Shown here piece by piece: positions 28,094-37,291 of a stretch of 64,000 bases of DNA (its first letter is position 1; every line of letters begins with the position of its first letter). The notes beneath the pieces are model-generated. The model ran no database searches. It saw only the letters and a list, made by a program, of their open reading frames with translations, and was not told where the DNA came from. The position numbers and the translations under genes were made by a program. Source of the DNA: Pyrinomonadales bacterium (GTDB taxonomy: Bacteria > Acidobacteriota > Blastocatellia > Pyrinomonadales > Pyrinomonadaceae); NCBI GenBank assembly GCA_038212935.1, contig JBBQTV010000002.1, forward strand, positions 21,004-85,003. Direction: 5' to 3'.

Positions 28094-30631
28094 ATGAACT
28101 TCTTTTCAAAACTATACATCACCCGATACCCGCTTATTCTGGGTGCTATCTTCTTGGTAGGTCTTCCGCTTGGTGCCTACTACAATGGAGCTCCGTCTAG
28201 GCTCCTTCGGGGCCTTTTCGATCTAGACCACGGCGTTTCATTCTTTTGGATGACACTCGCCGTCAACCTCTTTTCCTGGTCAATTCTCATACTGCTTCGC
28301 ATCATATTGATTTATGGCCCCGAGCGGATGGGCTATGAAAAATCGGAGGATGAGATCCGAACGATTCAAAAGGATTCCACGGGAAAGGTATTCTTCTTTA
28401 TTGGGTTTCTACTGCCCATCCCCTTGATTGTTTTGTCAGTGCATTATTCGGAACTCGTGTCTGCACTTCATAAACTATTGGGGATCGCCGGCGGGACAGT
28501 TGTGTCGGTTATAGTTGTTTATGCTGCTGACCTGCTTCAACGACTTTTTAACGCCTTTCACAACGGTGAAACGGATGAATTCGGTCAGAAAGACGAACAT
28601 TCGGGGAAAAGGCTGTTATTTCCATTTGATACAAAGCTGGCGAGGAGTGCAGAAGAGTCTCCGTGGGCTAAGAAGATGTTCGAACTTCGTGCGGTTTCAA
28701 TGATGGAATCCGCACTCGGAAGAATACCCTCAACAATTGGAAAAGGATTCCTGCGACGTCGGAAAGGTAAAGATAAAGTAGAAGAAGTTGTATCAATATT
28801 CCCTGGTCACATATTAGCGCTTATTGTGTTCCTTCTTTATTTCACCTTATTTTCTACCGGTGTTATCTTATGGAATCTAGATCTCACGTCAGATGACGGA
28901 CTACGTCCCGACTATCACTTTTCTACCATTACTTACCTTCTTTTGCTCGTTACCGCAATTCTCTGGGCTATATCGCCCCTCGCGTTCATCCTGGACAGGT
29001 ATCGGTTGCCTGTCCTTCTCATTTTGCTCCCGGTCTTCTTGTTCGTCTTAAAGTCAGACCATTATTACGACGCGCCGCCTAATGAGGCTAGTGTGGATGC
29101 AAACTCGAAGAATATTCAAAGAGTGAGCCCTGAGGAATTGTTTAGGCAACGGAGTGGTGATGAAAATGTAATCTTTGTATCGGCAATCGGAGGCGGTATT
29201 CAAACTTCCTCTTGGGCGACCGAGGTCCTGACTCGACTTGACGAAAAGTGTACAACGTCAACAGGCTTCAAGGAGGACTGTCGAGATGCGATCGCCCTTG
29301 TCAGTGGCGTCTCGGGGGGCAGCGTCGGTGCAATGTATTATATGGAAACCTACGAGAATGACCATCGCGAAAACAAGGAAATACCTAAAGAGACTGATGC
29401 AGATCAGCGTAGTCGAATCAAGCAATATTCCCGCTCCTCTAGCCTTGACTATGTTGGAGCCTCAATGATATTCGACGATTTTCCAAGTCTGATTCCATTT
29501 TTTCGAACATCGATTGAAAATGATCGAGGCATACATCTCGCCAGAGGATGGGTTGACAATATGAAAAGGGTTGACAAGCTTGCTCTCACGCCTTCAAACC
29601 GAAGGAGGATACCGGAAACCCCGTTGCGCGAGTGGCACCATTCGGGTGCGAAACGACCAGCATTTGTATTCAGTTCGACCGTGGCGGAGACCGGAGAAAG
29701 AATCCTAATCTCAAGTGCATCATTCCCAAAACGCTCATTTGATTCCTATGCCGCCGCGCGATCATTCGAAGAGTATGTCGGTTACGAATCCGGTGACACC
29801 AATATACTTATAAAAGATGCTGTCCGACTTTCCGCGGCATTTCCATTAGTATCGCCCGCGTCAAAACTCAGATATGACTCTAAGGCAAAGTACGTGATAG
29901 ACAGTAAAGAATTGCGACCGAGTGCCTTAAATTCCCATTTGGTAGATGGTGGCTATCACGATAATTTCGGAGTGCTCGCTATTAGAGATTTCATTCGGAT
30001 GGGAATTGCCGGCTGGTCAAAGCCAGATCCGGGTGCCCCGAAACGCGTATCTCCCAGGATCGCAATAATTCAGATAAAAGGGGAAGAATCAATTCAGCCT
30101 CCCAGGGACTGTTCAGATCTAAACTACGAGACGCGGAACGAGCAAGACGAAGAGGAAAAGCAAAGTAAACGAGACTATTGGCAAAGAATTAGGGACAAAT
30201 GGGAGAATGAAATGAAACTGACGTACAACGTTCAACTCATGGCCCCTCTTAATGCATTTTGGAGGGTGGTTTGGACAGTTCAGGATACACGCACTGAAGA
30301 TGCGATCAGAGAAATCCAGGCTGGTTATCTGAAAGAACGACGTTATGTATTCGGCGTTGATTTTGACGTTTTTACCTTTCCTTACCGCACTGATTCCAAG
30401 GACGGCACCAAAAAAAGCCCGGGAGCTCCTCTTTCATGGCATCTCACAGCCTCCGATATCAAGGCAATCGAAGATGCTGGAGACGTAAACTTCGCCGATG
30501 CGCCGAGTTCGGAATGGACGCGACTCAAAGAGTTTCTGCGGGGGAATGGTAAAGAGCGGCAAGTTTGCATCCCAGGAGTCGGGGCAACTAGTCCAGACCA
30601 TACTGACAACACTAAAGTGGCAAGTAAATGA
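28094..30631 (+). CDS. polytopic membrane protein fused to a patatin-like phospholipase domain
   Basis: About seven hydrophobic helices in the first ~330 aa. Patatin motifs: oxyanion VSAIGGGIQTS, nucleophile GVSGGS (GxSxG, about aa 405), and catalytic Asp in LVDGGYHDNFG (about aa 618). A ~165-aa C-terminal extension is unassigned. Confidence 0.8.
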   Translation: MNFFSKLYITRYPLILGAIFLVGLPLGAYYNGAPSRLLRGLFDLDHGVSFFWMTLAVNLFSWSILILLRIILIYGPERMGYEKSEDEIRTIQKDSTGKVFFFIGFLLPIPLIVLSVHYSELVSALHKLLGIAGGTVVSVIVVYAADLLQRLFNAFHNGETDEFGQKDEHSGKRLLFPFDTKLARSAEESPWAKKMFELRAVSMMESALGRIPSTIGKGFLRRRKGKDKVEEVVSIFPGHILALIVFLLYFTLFSTGVILWNLDLTSDDGLRPDYHFSTITYLLLLVTAILWAISPLAFILDRYRLPVLLILLPVFLFVLKSDHYYDAPPNEASVDANSKNIQRVSPEELFRQRSGDENVIFVSAIGGGIQTSSWATEVLTRLDEKCTTSTGFKEDCRDAIALVSGVSGGSVGAMYYMETYENDHRENKEIPKETDADQRSRIKQYSRSSSLDYVGASMIFDDFPSLIPFFRTSIENDRGIHLARGWVDNMKRVDKLALTPSNRRRIPETPLREWHHSGAKRPAFVFSSTVAETGERILISSASFPKRSFDSYAAARSFEEYVGYESGDTNILIKDAVRLSAAFPLVSPASKLRYDSKAKYVIDSKELRPSALNSHLVDGGYHDNFGVLAIRDFIRMGIAGWSKPDPGAPKRVSPRIAIIQIKGEESIQPPRDCSDLNYETRNEQDEEEKQSKRDYWQRIRDKWENEMKLTYNVQLMAPLNAFWRVVWTVQDTRTEDAIREIQAGYLKERRYVFGVDFDVFTFPYRTDSKDGTKKSPGAPLSWHLTASDIKAIEDAGDVNFADAPSSEWTRLKEFLRGNGKERQVCIPGVGATSPDHTDNTKVASK

Positions 30632-30878
30632 GTAGAAAAGAGGGTTGGTTCTTGAACGTATCCACGGGCCTCAGTGTCGTCGCAATTGTGAATATTTTCG
30701 ATCGTCACGAACTGACCTAATTTTTCGTTAGTAAGTTGGCCCCAAACGACTATCGGCAGGGCTTAGAAATGACCGCCCTATCCACGGCATTTTGCTCATT
30801 TGTCGTAACGTCGCTCCCAACTTTTGGGGATTGCCAATTCCACCCGAAAAGAAGTTTTGACAAAGATGTGGAGAAAAT

Positions 30879-32477
30879 ATGGGTTACAGATTTTCACTCG
30901 ACGACATCAACATCGTTGCCTATTTAACCGCCGAGAAGCTCAGCAAGAAATCGACTCCACGCATCACATACGAACAACTTGCGAGTTTTGTCTATTCACT
31001 GTATTACGGTCTGGAAGATCCCTATCAAGATATATTCATTTCGCCAAAGGATGACTGGACTCCAAAGATGACGAAGATTGTAAATGAGGCAAAAGAACGA
31101 TTCGAAGCCTTGAAATCGCCTCCTTGGAACCCACGAGGTATTGAAAACTTCCGCGACGCTTTCACATTTCAACAGAATCAATTTGTGAGTCAGGACACAA
31201 TTACCCGTGTTTTAGGCGGGCTTCGCAAGGAACTTAGCCGGTTTGACCTCTATGGTCTACCCGTTGACCAGACAGGCGGTAGGATCTTCAAACTCGCAGA
31301 GAGATTCGCAAAGGCGTTACGTGGACGCGGCTTGTTCCTACTTCCCATCGAGGGGTATAAGAATCATCCCGAGAAAATTCAAAGCCTTCAATTCCTCGAT
31401 CCATTTCCTGCAGTTCAGGCACTGGCAAATGCGGATCTCCAGCGGCCGGGGATGCTGCTTTGGACGCAAACGGGCGAAGCCACCTATGAAACGAATGAAG
31501 ACACTTTAAATTTGCACTTAACTAGGTTGCCGGACTTACTCAAAAGCGAGTTTATGGATACTTTCCGGCGGCTCGTCTCGGGAGATGGTACGTTTCGACG
31601 ACACATTCTTCATTTAAGCGATCTTCACTTTGGCACACCGACAGCTTACGAGAATCGGACAAGGCTAAAGAATGAACTTCGTAGCTCTAAGCATGCTTGG
31701 GATCAGGTTGTCATCACGGGTGATCTCTTCGAGGTGATCAATGACCGCGATGCAATCGACTTTGACGATTTTCGAAATGACCTTCGGAGTATAACAGGAC
31801 GCGACATTCTGGTTGTCCCCGGAAATCACGACCAAAACTATCTCGGAAATCGGTTTGGTTTCGTCGGAAAGAGCTTGAACGGTATTGCAAAGCTCGAATG
31901 GACGCGGCTTAAGGTAGACGACAGGGCGCGATGCGTCCATCTGTGTTTCGACTCTTCTCTCGATTCGAAATTTGCCGCCACAGGGGTTTTCTCCGAATCG
32001 GAACGGAACGCGGTTGAAGATGCTTTTAACACCTGCGTATTGGAAAACCCTAAAATCGACGAGTACTTTCGCGTCGTGCTCATTCACCATCACCCATTTT
32101 CGTTTGAAACCGACCAAGAATCGATCATTCAACGAGCATTAAAAGTGTTTGGACATAGTGACGAGCGTTTTCTGGCGATGACTAACAGCGAGTTGCTGAT
32201 CAAATGGTGCGCAAACATGCGGGTATCCCTAATCCTTCACGGACACAAGCACGTACAGAGGCACTTCGTCAGTGAGGTGGTCAACAAATTCGGAGATACC
32301 ATTCCCTTACACGCCGTTGGGTGCGGGACGTCACTGGGTGCCGAGAATTACCCGTTAACATACAATACTGTCGCCTACAATGACGAAACAAAGAACTTTA
32401 GTGTCACGTTTTATGAGGATGACAGAACGGGTGGCGGCTTTGTTCCTGTTAAGATTGCTCTTCAAATAGTTAAATAA
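30879..32477 (+). CDS. calcineurin-like metallophosphoesterase with ~240-aa unknown N-terminal domain
   Basis: Full MPE ligand set in order: LSDLHFG, VITGDLFE, VVPGNHDQ, VLIHHHP, LHGHKHV. This is the class III phosphodiesterase / CpdA-type pattern. Confidence 0.8.
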   Translation: MGYRFSLDDINIVAYLTAEKLSKKSTPRITYEQLASFVYSLYYGLEDPYQDIFISPKDDWTPKMTKIVNEAKERFEALKSPPWNPRGIENFRDAFTFQQNQFVSQDTITRVLGGLRKELSRFDLYGLPVDQTGGRIFKLAERFAKALRGRGLFLLPIEGYKNHPEKIQSLQFLDPFPAVQALANADLQRPGMLLWTQTGEATYETNEDTLNLHLTRLPDLLKSEFMDTFRRLVSGDGTFRRHILHLSDLHFGTPTAYENRTRLKNELRSSKHAWDQVVITGDLFEVINDRDAIDFDDFRNDLRSITGRDILVVPGNHDQNYLGNRFGFVGKSLNGIAKLEWTRLKVDDRARCVHLCFDSSLDSKFAATGVFSESERNAVEDAFNTCVLENPKIDEYFRVVLIHHHPFSFETDQESIIQRALKVFGHSDERFLAMTNSELLIKWCANMRVSLILHGHKHVQRHFVSEVVNKFGDTIPLHAVGCGTSLGAENYPLTYNTVAYNDETKNFSVTFYEDDRTGGGFVPVKIALQIVK

Positions 32478-32706
32478 ATAAGTGGCTTTTTGTCGAAATT
32501 CTTACTCAACGCCCGGACAGTCCTTGACACCAGATTGGCGACATCCGCCGCTGAATTATCGGGTAAATAAGCGTGAATCTGTAAATGACGGGGTTGGCAT
32601 TTGTCTAGATCCGCAATGAACGTTGATTTTCGTGGCTTCCGGGTCCTGGTTGATCAAGCCCACGCTCTTTTCTATCGCCGAAATCTGGGCAAATCGATTA
32701 AGTTTC

Positions 32707-33069
32707 TCATGGATGCATGATTCTGTCTGCTCGAATGTCTTCGCGACCTTTGCGACCCATCCGAGATCGTTGCTCCGTTGTCTCGAGATGCGGCCGAATG
32801 TGATCCTTTAACGAGAACAGAATCCGGCTACCGACACGATAAAAGCCAAGTTCGTTTTCCTTTCGAAGGCGGTAAACGGTTAGGGGAGAAACCCCAAGAT
32901 AAGCCGCAGTCTCCTTCGTGTTCATGAGGTCTTTTGCGATTTCAGCATTTGAACTCGATTCCATGGTTTCATAATTCGCAAGGAGTGCGGATTCGATCTC
33001 TTCGCGAACGATTTGTCTCACTAGTGGTTCGATTTGTTTGAATGCGTCTAGAATGGACATATAAGTCAA
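32707..33069 (-). CDS. excisionase-family / MerR-type HTH_17 DNA-binding protein
   Basis: TKETAAYLGVSPLTVYRLRKENELGFYRVGSRILF is a typical excisionase/AlpA-type helix-turn-helix. Confidence 0.6.
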   Translation of the reverse strand: MTYMSILDAFKQIEPLVRQIVREEIESALLANYETMESSSNAEIAKDLMNTKETAAYLGVSPLTVYRLRKENELGFYRVGSRILFSLKDHIRPHLETTEQRSRMGRKGREDIRADRIMHP

Positions 33070-33186
33070 TAGGCTCCGAAACCATTCCTTTGTCTCGTTT
33101 AACGAAATTTATTTTTCGCGCGGGGAGCCAAACTTCCTTTCAACATTTCTTGGCCCATTCCTCCATAGTCACGTCTTTGTCAAGCA

Positions 33187-33570
33187 CTATCGGTTGCGAG
33201 ACCGACGAGGAGTTGCACGAGGCGGTGCTGGGGTCGCTTTCAATACGGCCTCGGGATCCAACATTCCCCAACCCCAGACCGGATTAGGAACGGCGCCGAC
33301 CTTGCCACCCGTTCTTGCCGTCTTCTTAAGTATTGAGCGCACTTGCTCCGAGTCAAGGTTCGGATTCTTTTGTAACATCAGTGCGATCACACCAGTGACG
33401 AACGGGGTCGATGCACTTGTTCCTTGCCATGCAATATGAAATCCGTCCCTGGTTATTGACGTTGCGTTTCCAGCGGCCATCGAGTCCTTACAGCCGCCTG
33501 AATCAGGTAAAGCGAACTGGGACAAGGACGAGATCGTATATCGCAAATATTCGTGTGGTCTATACTTCAA
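33187..33570 (-). pseudogene. C-terminal fragment of an S8 (subtilisin-family) peptidase
   Basis: Contains only the Ser-motif region (WQGTSASTPFVTGVIALMLQKNP). There is no room for the Asp/His motifs because the DUF262 gene ends at 33725, and the upstream in-frame sequence is not S8-like. Confidence 0.55.
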
Positions 33571-33724
33571 AGACCCGCCGAAAATGTTGCGAAGAACGCT
33601 GTGACCGTATTCGTTATACTTCGTTATCTGCTCAATTAATTGAGCGGGTGTTCGTTACTATGCAACTCGACCGCAATGAAATACACCAACACCGTTTCTT
33701 AAGACCCGGACATTCAAATGCAAA

Positions 33725-35803
33725 TTATGGGTTGCCCACTTGCACGTCGAACGCCTGCTGAATCAGGTCGATCGCGTCGTCGATCTCGTCAACCGAGCTT
33801 ATCTTGGCTTCAACGTCTCCATTACCCCAACGACCAACACCCGTTAAGTCGCGGCACATACCCTTTGGATCATGGACCTCGTCAAAGCTCATATTCAGCG
33901 ACAGTCGAAGAGCCGACGCGAGCGGAACTATGTCAACAAAATTGGTAGCGGATTTATATGCAATATATAGCTTTTTGAACTCCTCTCTAACAGAAGGGTC
34001 GATGTTGAGTATTCGCAATCGCAACTGATTGAACAGATCTAACATTTCATCTTTTAGATATGGAAAGTTCTCAAGGGCATAGCCGGTGTCAGCTTGGAGT
34101 TCTTGGGGGCGATACGTACCTAGAACTTCGTCAGGAAGGTTTGGGGCTGCCCAAATTGTCTTCGCCTTTTTCGCTAGATGTCGTGCCCTTGTTTCGATCT
34201 CTTGCTCCGTCCAGCGATCAGCCTGACGAACATACTCGTTTAACCTAAGAGGCGAATCGTTAAAGCCGCCCGTCATTGCCTTCTTATAGCTAAACGGCCG
34301 GTCACTCAGCTCAGGGTTGTAGCCAGTGAGCGTGAGGTTTCCTAGCTTATGCAGGTTCCGTTGGTGGACTGCTGCCCAATCCGGTCCTAGCATCTCCTTC
34401 CATTCTGCCGATAACCGCGTGTTCTGCGGCATGATGTGCTCGATCGAGAGTGCTTCGGTATTCACGACTTCTTTTCGGCCGTCGTTTTCAAGCTTATTTA
34501 GGAAGTAATTACGCGGACGAAAGCTGTATAGATCTTTCGCAAGCAGTTCCGTTTCAAACTCGGCGTCGTTGGGGAACCGCTGATAACTTCTCATCAACTG
34601 GAACGCGGCCTCAACGCTCTCGACGTAGTTCTCTTTGTTTACAGACTTGTGCAGATTACCGAACGTCTTGTTCATGCTATTCGTAGGGATTCCGCAAACC
34701 GCCCGCCTTAGCACGTAACTCTCTATCAGATGAATAATCGTTAACAGGTCACTGCGCGAAAGAACACCTGCCTGAAAGTCCGCATAAAGGAAAAGCAGAA
34801 ACGGGTAACTTACGTCAACCTTCAGCTTAGAGATATTCTTGAAGGCTGCGCGCAGTTCATCGTCCGGCGTCTTATGTAAAACGATGTCGACATAGTAAGC
34901 GGAAAACTTGAAGATGTCGGCAACCAACTCCTCGATTTCCGGCTCGGTTACCCGATCCTTCGCAAATTCCTTGAAGTCATCGTACACCCTGCCGATTACG
35001 GGTATACGGCCCGTATTTACCGTGAGATAATCCCGAATAAACCAGTTGAACCGACCGGCGTAATCATTGCCATAGCTTTGTTCCATCGGAAACCAGTAGC
35101 GTTCGTACAGCTCGGTCTGGCGATCCGGTGGCTGACCCATAAGCATGAAGTTTCGGATCAGGTCCGCTTGAGAAAGGTCAAGGCCCGTTGAGTTTAGGCT
35201 CTCGAAAATTAACTGCGGATTGTCTTTATCTTTTTCCAAGGCCACGTCAACGACGAAAAGTTGTTGAATGCCGTTGTAGACGCGATGGACATTTTCTTCC
35301 GTGATCGACTTTTTAAAGAATTCGTAGTTTTCAACAACTCTGACCGATTCGTTCTCGCCGAACGGGGCCCGGCTCAAGACCTTGCGGAGCGTATCTTTGT
35401 CATGCCGAGTAAGGTGGAGTTTGAAATGCAGATCGCCTTCTTCCTCATCATTGACAAGGTAGTAATTCCTTAGCTTCTTCGCCGTCGTATCGAAGGCAAC
35501 GTCGTTGGCCTCGACAAACTCGGCAAGCGCGGCGATCAGAAGCGATATCGTAGTGAGGCGTTGTTGGCCGTCGATCACCAAGAGCCTGGGAACATCGCCC
35601 TGAGTGTGTATGCCGGGCTGGAAGTAAACTACTGAACCAACGAAATGACCGTGACGCGATTCGTCATGATTAACATCCAGAATGTCCTGAAACAACTTTC
35701 GGCAATGAGCAATCTGCCAACTATAAGTTCGTTGATAGATCGGAATCACAAATTGCTTAGGACCACGGATTAGCGAAAGAAAATTTAATGCAGAAGCTTT
35801 CAT
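33725..35803 (-). CDS. DUF262/DUF1524 (GmrSD-like) putative type IV restriction enzyme with extra C-terminal domain
   Basis: DUF262 blocks FVIPIYQRTYSW and VIDGQQRLTT. DUF1524 His-Me block LSIEHIMPQN...HKLGNLTLTGYNPELSDRPF. Start taken at internal ATG (MKASALNF..) rather than 35926. Confidence 0.8.
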   Translation of the reverse strand: MKASALNFLSLIRGPKQFVIPIYQRTYSWQIAHCRKLFQDILDVNHDESRHGHFVGSVVYFQPGIHTQGDVPRLLVIDGQQRLTTISLLIAALAEFVEANDVAFDTTAKKLRNYYLVNDEEEGDLHFKLHLTRHDKDTLRKVLSRAPFGENESVRVVENYEFFKKSITEENVHRVYNGIQQLFVVDVALEKDKDNPQLIFESLNSTGLDLSQADLIRNFMLMGQPPDRQTELYERYWFPMEQSYGNDYAGRFNWFIRDYLTVNTGRIPVIGRVYDDFKEFAKDRVTEPEIEELVADIFKFSAYYVDIVLHKTPDDELRAAFKNISKLKVDVSYPFLLFLYADFQAGVLSRSDLLTIIHLIESYVLRRAVCGIPTNSMNKTFGNLHKSVNKENYVESVEAAFQLMRSYQRFPNDAEFETELLAKDLYSFRPRNYFLNKLENDGRKEVVNTEALSIEHIMPQNTRLSAEWKEMLGPDWAAVHQRNLHKLGNLTLTGYNPELSDRPFSYKKAMTGGFNDSPLRLNEYVRQADRWTEQEIETRARHLAKKAKTIWAAPNLPDEVLGTYRPQELQADTGYALENFPYLKDEMLDLFNQLRLRILNIDPSVREEFKKLYIAYKSATNFVDIVPLASALRLSLNMSFDEVHDPKGMCRDLTGVGRWGNGDVEAKISSVDEIDDAIDLIQQAFDVQVGNP

Positions 35804-36019
35804 AATGTAAGTTGCGAAATTGTGTATCGCCACGAACCTTCGAAAATTAGGAAGGTAGGGGCTGTGGCGGCTCATTACCCTAGTAACCTGTACCAAAAGT
35901 TGGCCCCATTTGGAACCCGCTGCCATAACGGCGAGTTAACGACCAATGAAGGATTCGGTTCGTGATAAGCAGGATAAGGATCCTTGTAGTCCCGCAAATC
36001 CACGGACTAATTCCATATT

Positions 36020-37288
36020 TCAAAAATATGTAGCAATACGGTCTTGAAACTCACTCCTTGCAATAAGGCCAAGTTGCTCACGTTTCCACATCGGTTTTTT
36101 ATATTCGCAATCGATAAAAACTCCCTTTGTCGAGATTACGTATAAGCCCGCTTGATCCACGACTAAACAACAATTCGTCCGCGACGACGTGAATCTTTCG
36201 GCGCGGCGAGCACCCTTTGTCGGTACAAAGCTGTCGATATTCATATACTTTGCGACCTGACCAAAGATATCCTTTTCCGACAAAATGCTGAGTTTTGCTT
36301 CGCACGGAACCCACAGCCCACTGATTTTTACAAAGTTATCTACAATGCCCGTACTTTCGCCATTACGATAGCATTGACACTCTTCAAGAACCGTTGATCC
36401 CTTGTCTTTTATCGCGCCAAGAAAATGATCAAGCAAGTACGACCGAAGTTGGGCCTCATGGATGAATCGCGTTGCCGATAAGCATGAGATCTCCGCCCAA
36501 TTATCTTTGTCAACGTTGCGAAAGGTACCGTCCCCAAACGCTGCGGTCGAAAGGAACGGAGTGAGTAAATTGTCTTCTGCAAGAAGCGTTCTGATACCTT
36601 TCGCTTCGCGAGTGTAAACCGGCGTGATCGTGTTCTGGCCGATTTTCACATAATCCGCAAACCGTTCCGACGAAAGTGGTGTCTCAAATATCTGGACTTC
36701 GCCTAACGGAGCAAACAGCCTTCCATCAAAATGCTTTTCCGGCGGACCGAAATATTCGGTCGAGCCGGAGACAGACGCACAGCCGAATATTGTGCCCGAG
36801 TACATTTCAGCCTGGCCGGCCGCATGTTCTAAGATCGCGGTCAGTCCACGTTCTTCTGGATAAAGTCTTTTGGCCAATTTCCGCAATTTTTGCGCGTTAA
36901 GGCCACCCCTTTTTGTATGGTAAAAGAATAGAATGTCACCCTCGGTTAGCCATTTGGGGGCAGTCCACGATGTATCGTCGTCCGGAGTGAACCGAAGCAA
37001 GTAATCGAGATCCAGAAAGTTCTCGCCCCGGTCGCTGTTACTATTTAGCATCTCGAAAACGCCGTCAATTGAATTCGGAAATCCAATGCTTGTTATGCAC
37101 GATTGTGCCCATCGCGTTTCAACGCAGCTCTTGGTGCCCATGATTACTTTTCCCTCATCCAACTCGACGGTATGACGCAATGGCGAGCCCGAGTAAGACG
37201 AAGCCTGATCGTCAGCGAAATAGAGTCGCTTGATTAACTGTAGTTGTGCCCGTAGACTTCTCCGATACGAAGTTGGGTTCCTTATCAT
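36020..37288 (-). CDS. uncharacterised protein, possible PUA/EVE-like N-region plus PD-(D/E)xK nuclease-like C-domain; coupled to hsdR
   Basis: ATG lies 3 nt after the hsdR stop. The GDILFFYHTKRG / GTIFGCASVSG blocks are reminiscent of EVE/PUA-like folds. C-terminal FIHEAQLRSYLL...IVDNFV(D317)...VPCEAKL(E330,K332) fits the E..D..ExK nuclease pattern. All tentative. Confidence 0.5.
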   Translation of the reverse strand: MIRNPTSYRRSLRAQLQLIKRLYFADDQASSYSGSPLRHTVELDEGKVIMGTKSCVETRWAQSCITSIGFPNSIDGVFEMLNSNSDRGENFLDLDYLLRFTPDDDTSWTAPKWLTEGDILFFYHTKRGGLNAQKLRKLAKRLYPEERGLTAILEHAAGQAEMYSGTIFGCASVSGSTEYFGPPEKHFDGRLFAPLGEVQIFETPLSSERFADYVKIGQNTITPVYTREAKGIRTLLAEDNLLTPFLSTAAFGDGTFRNVDKDNWAEISCLSATRFIHEAQLRSYLLDHFLGAIKDKGSTVLEECQCYRNGESTGIVDNFVKISGLWVPCEAKLSILSEKDIFGQVAKYMNIDSFVPTKGARRAERFTSSRTNCCLVVDQAGLYVISTKGVFIDCEYKKPMWKREQLGLIARSEFQDRIATYF

Positions 37289-37291
37289 CTT

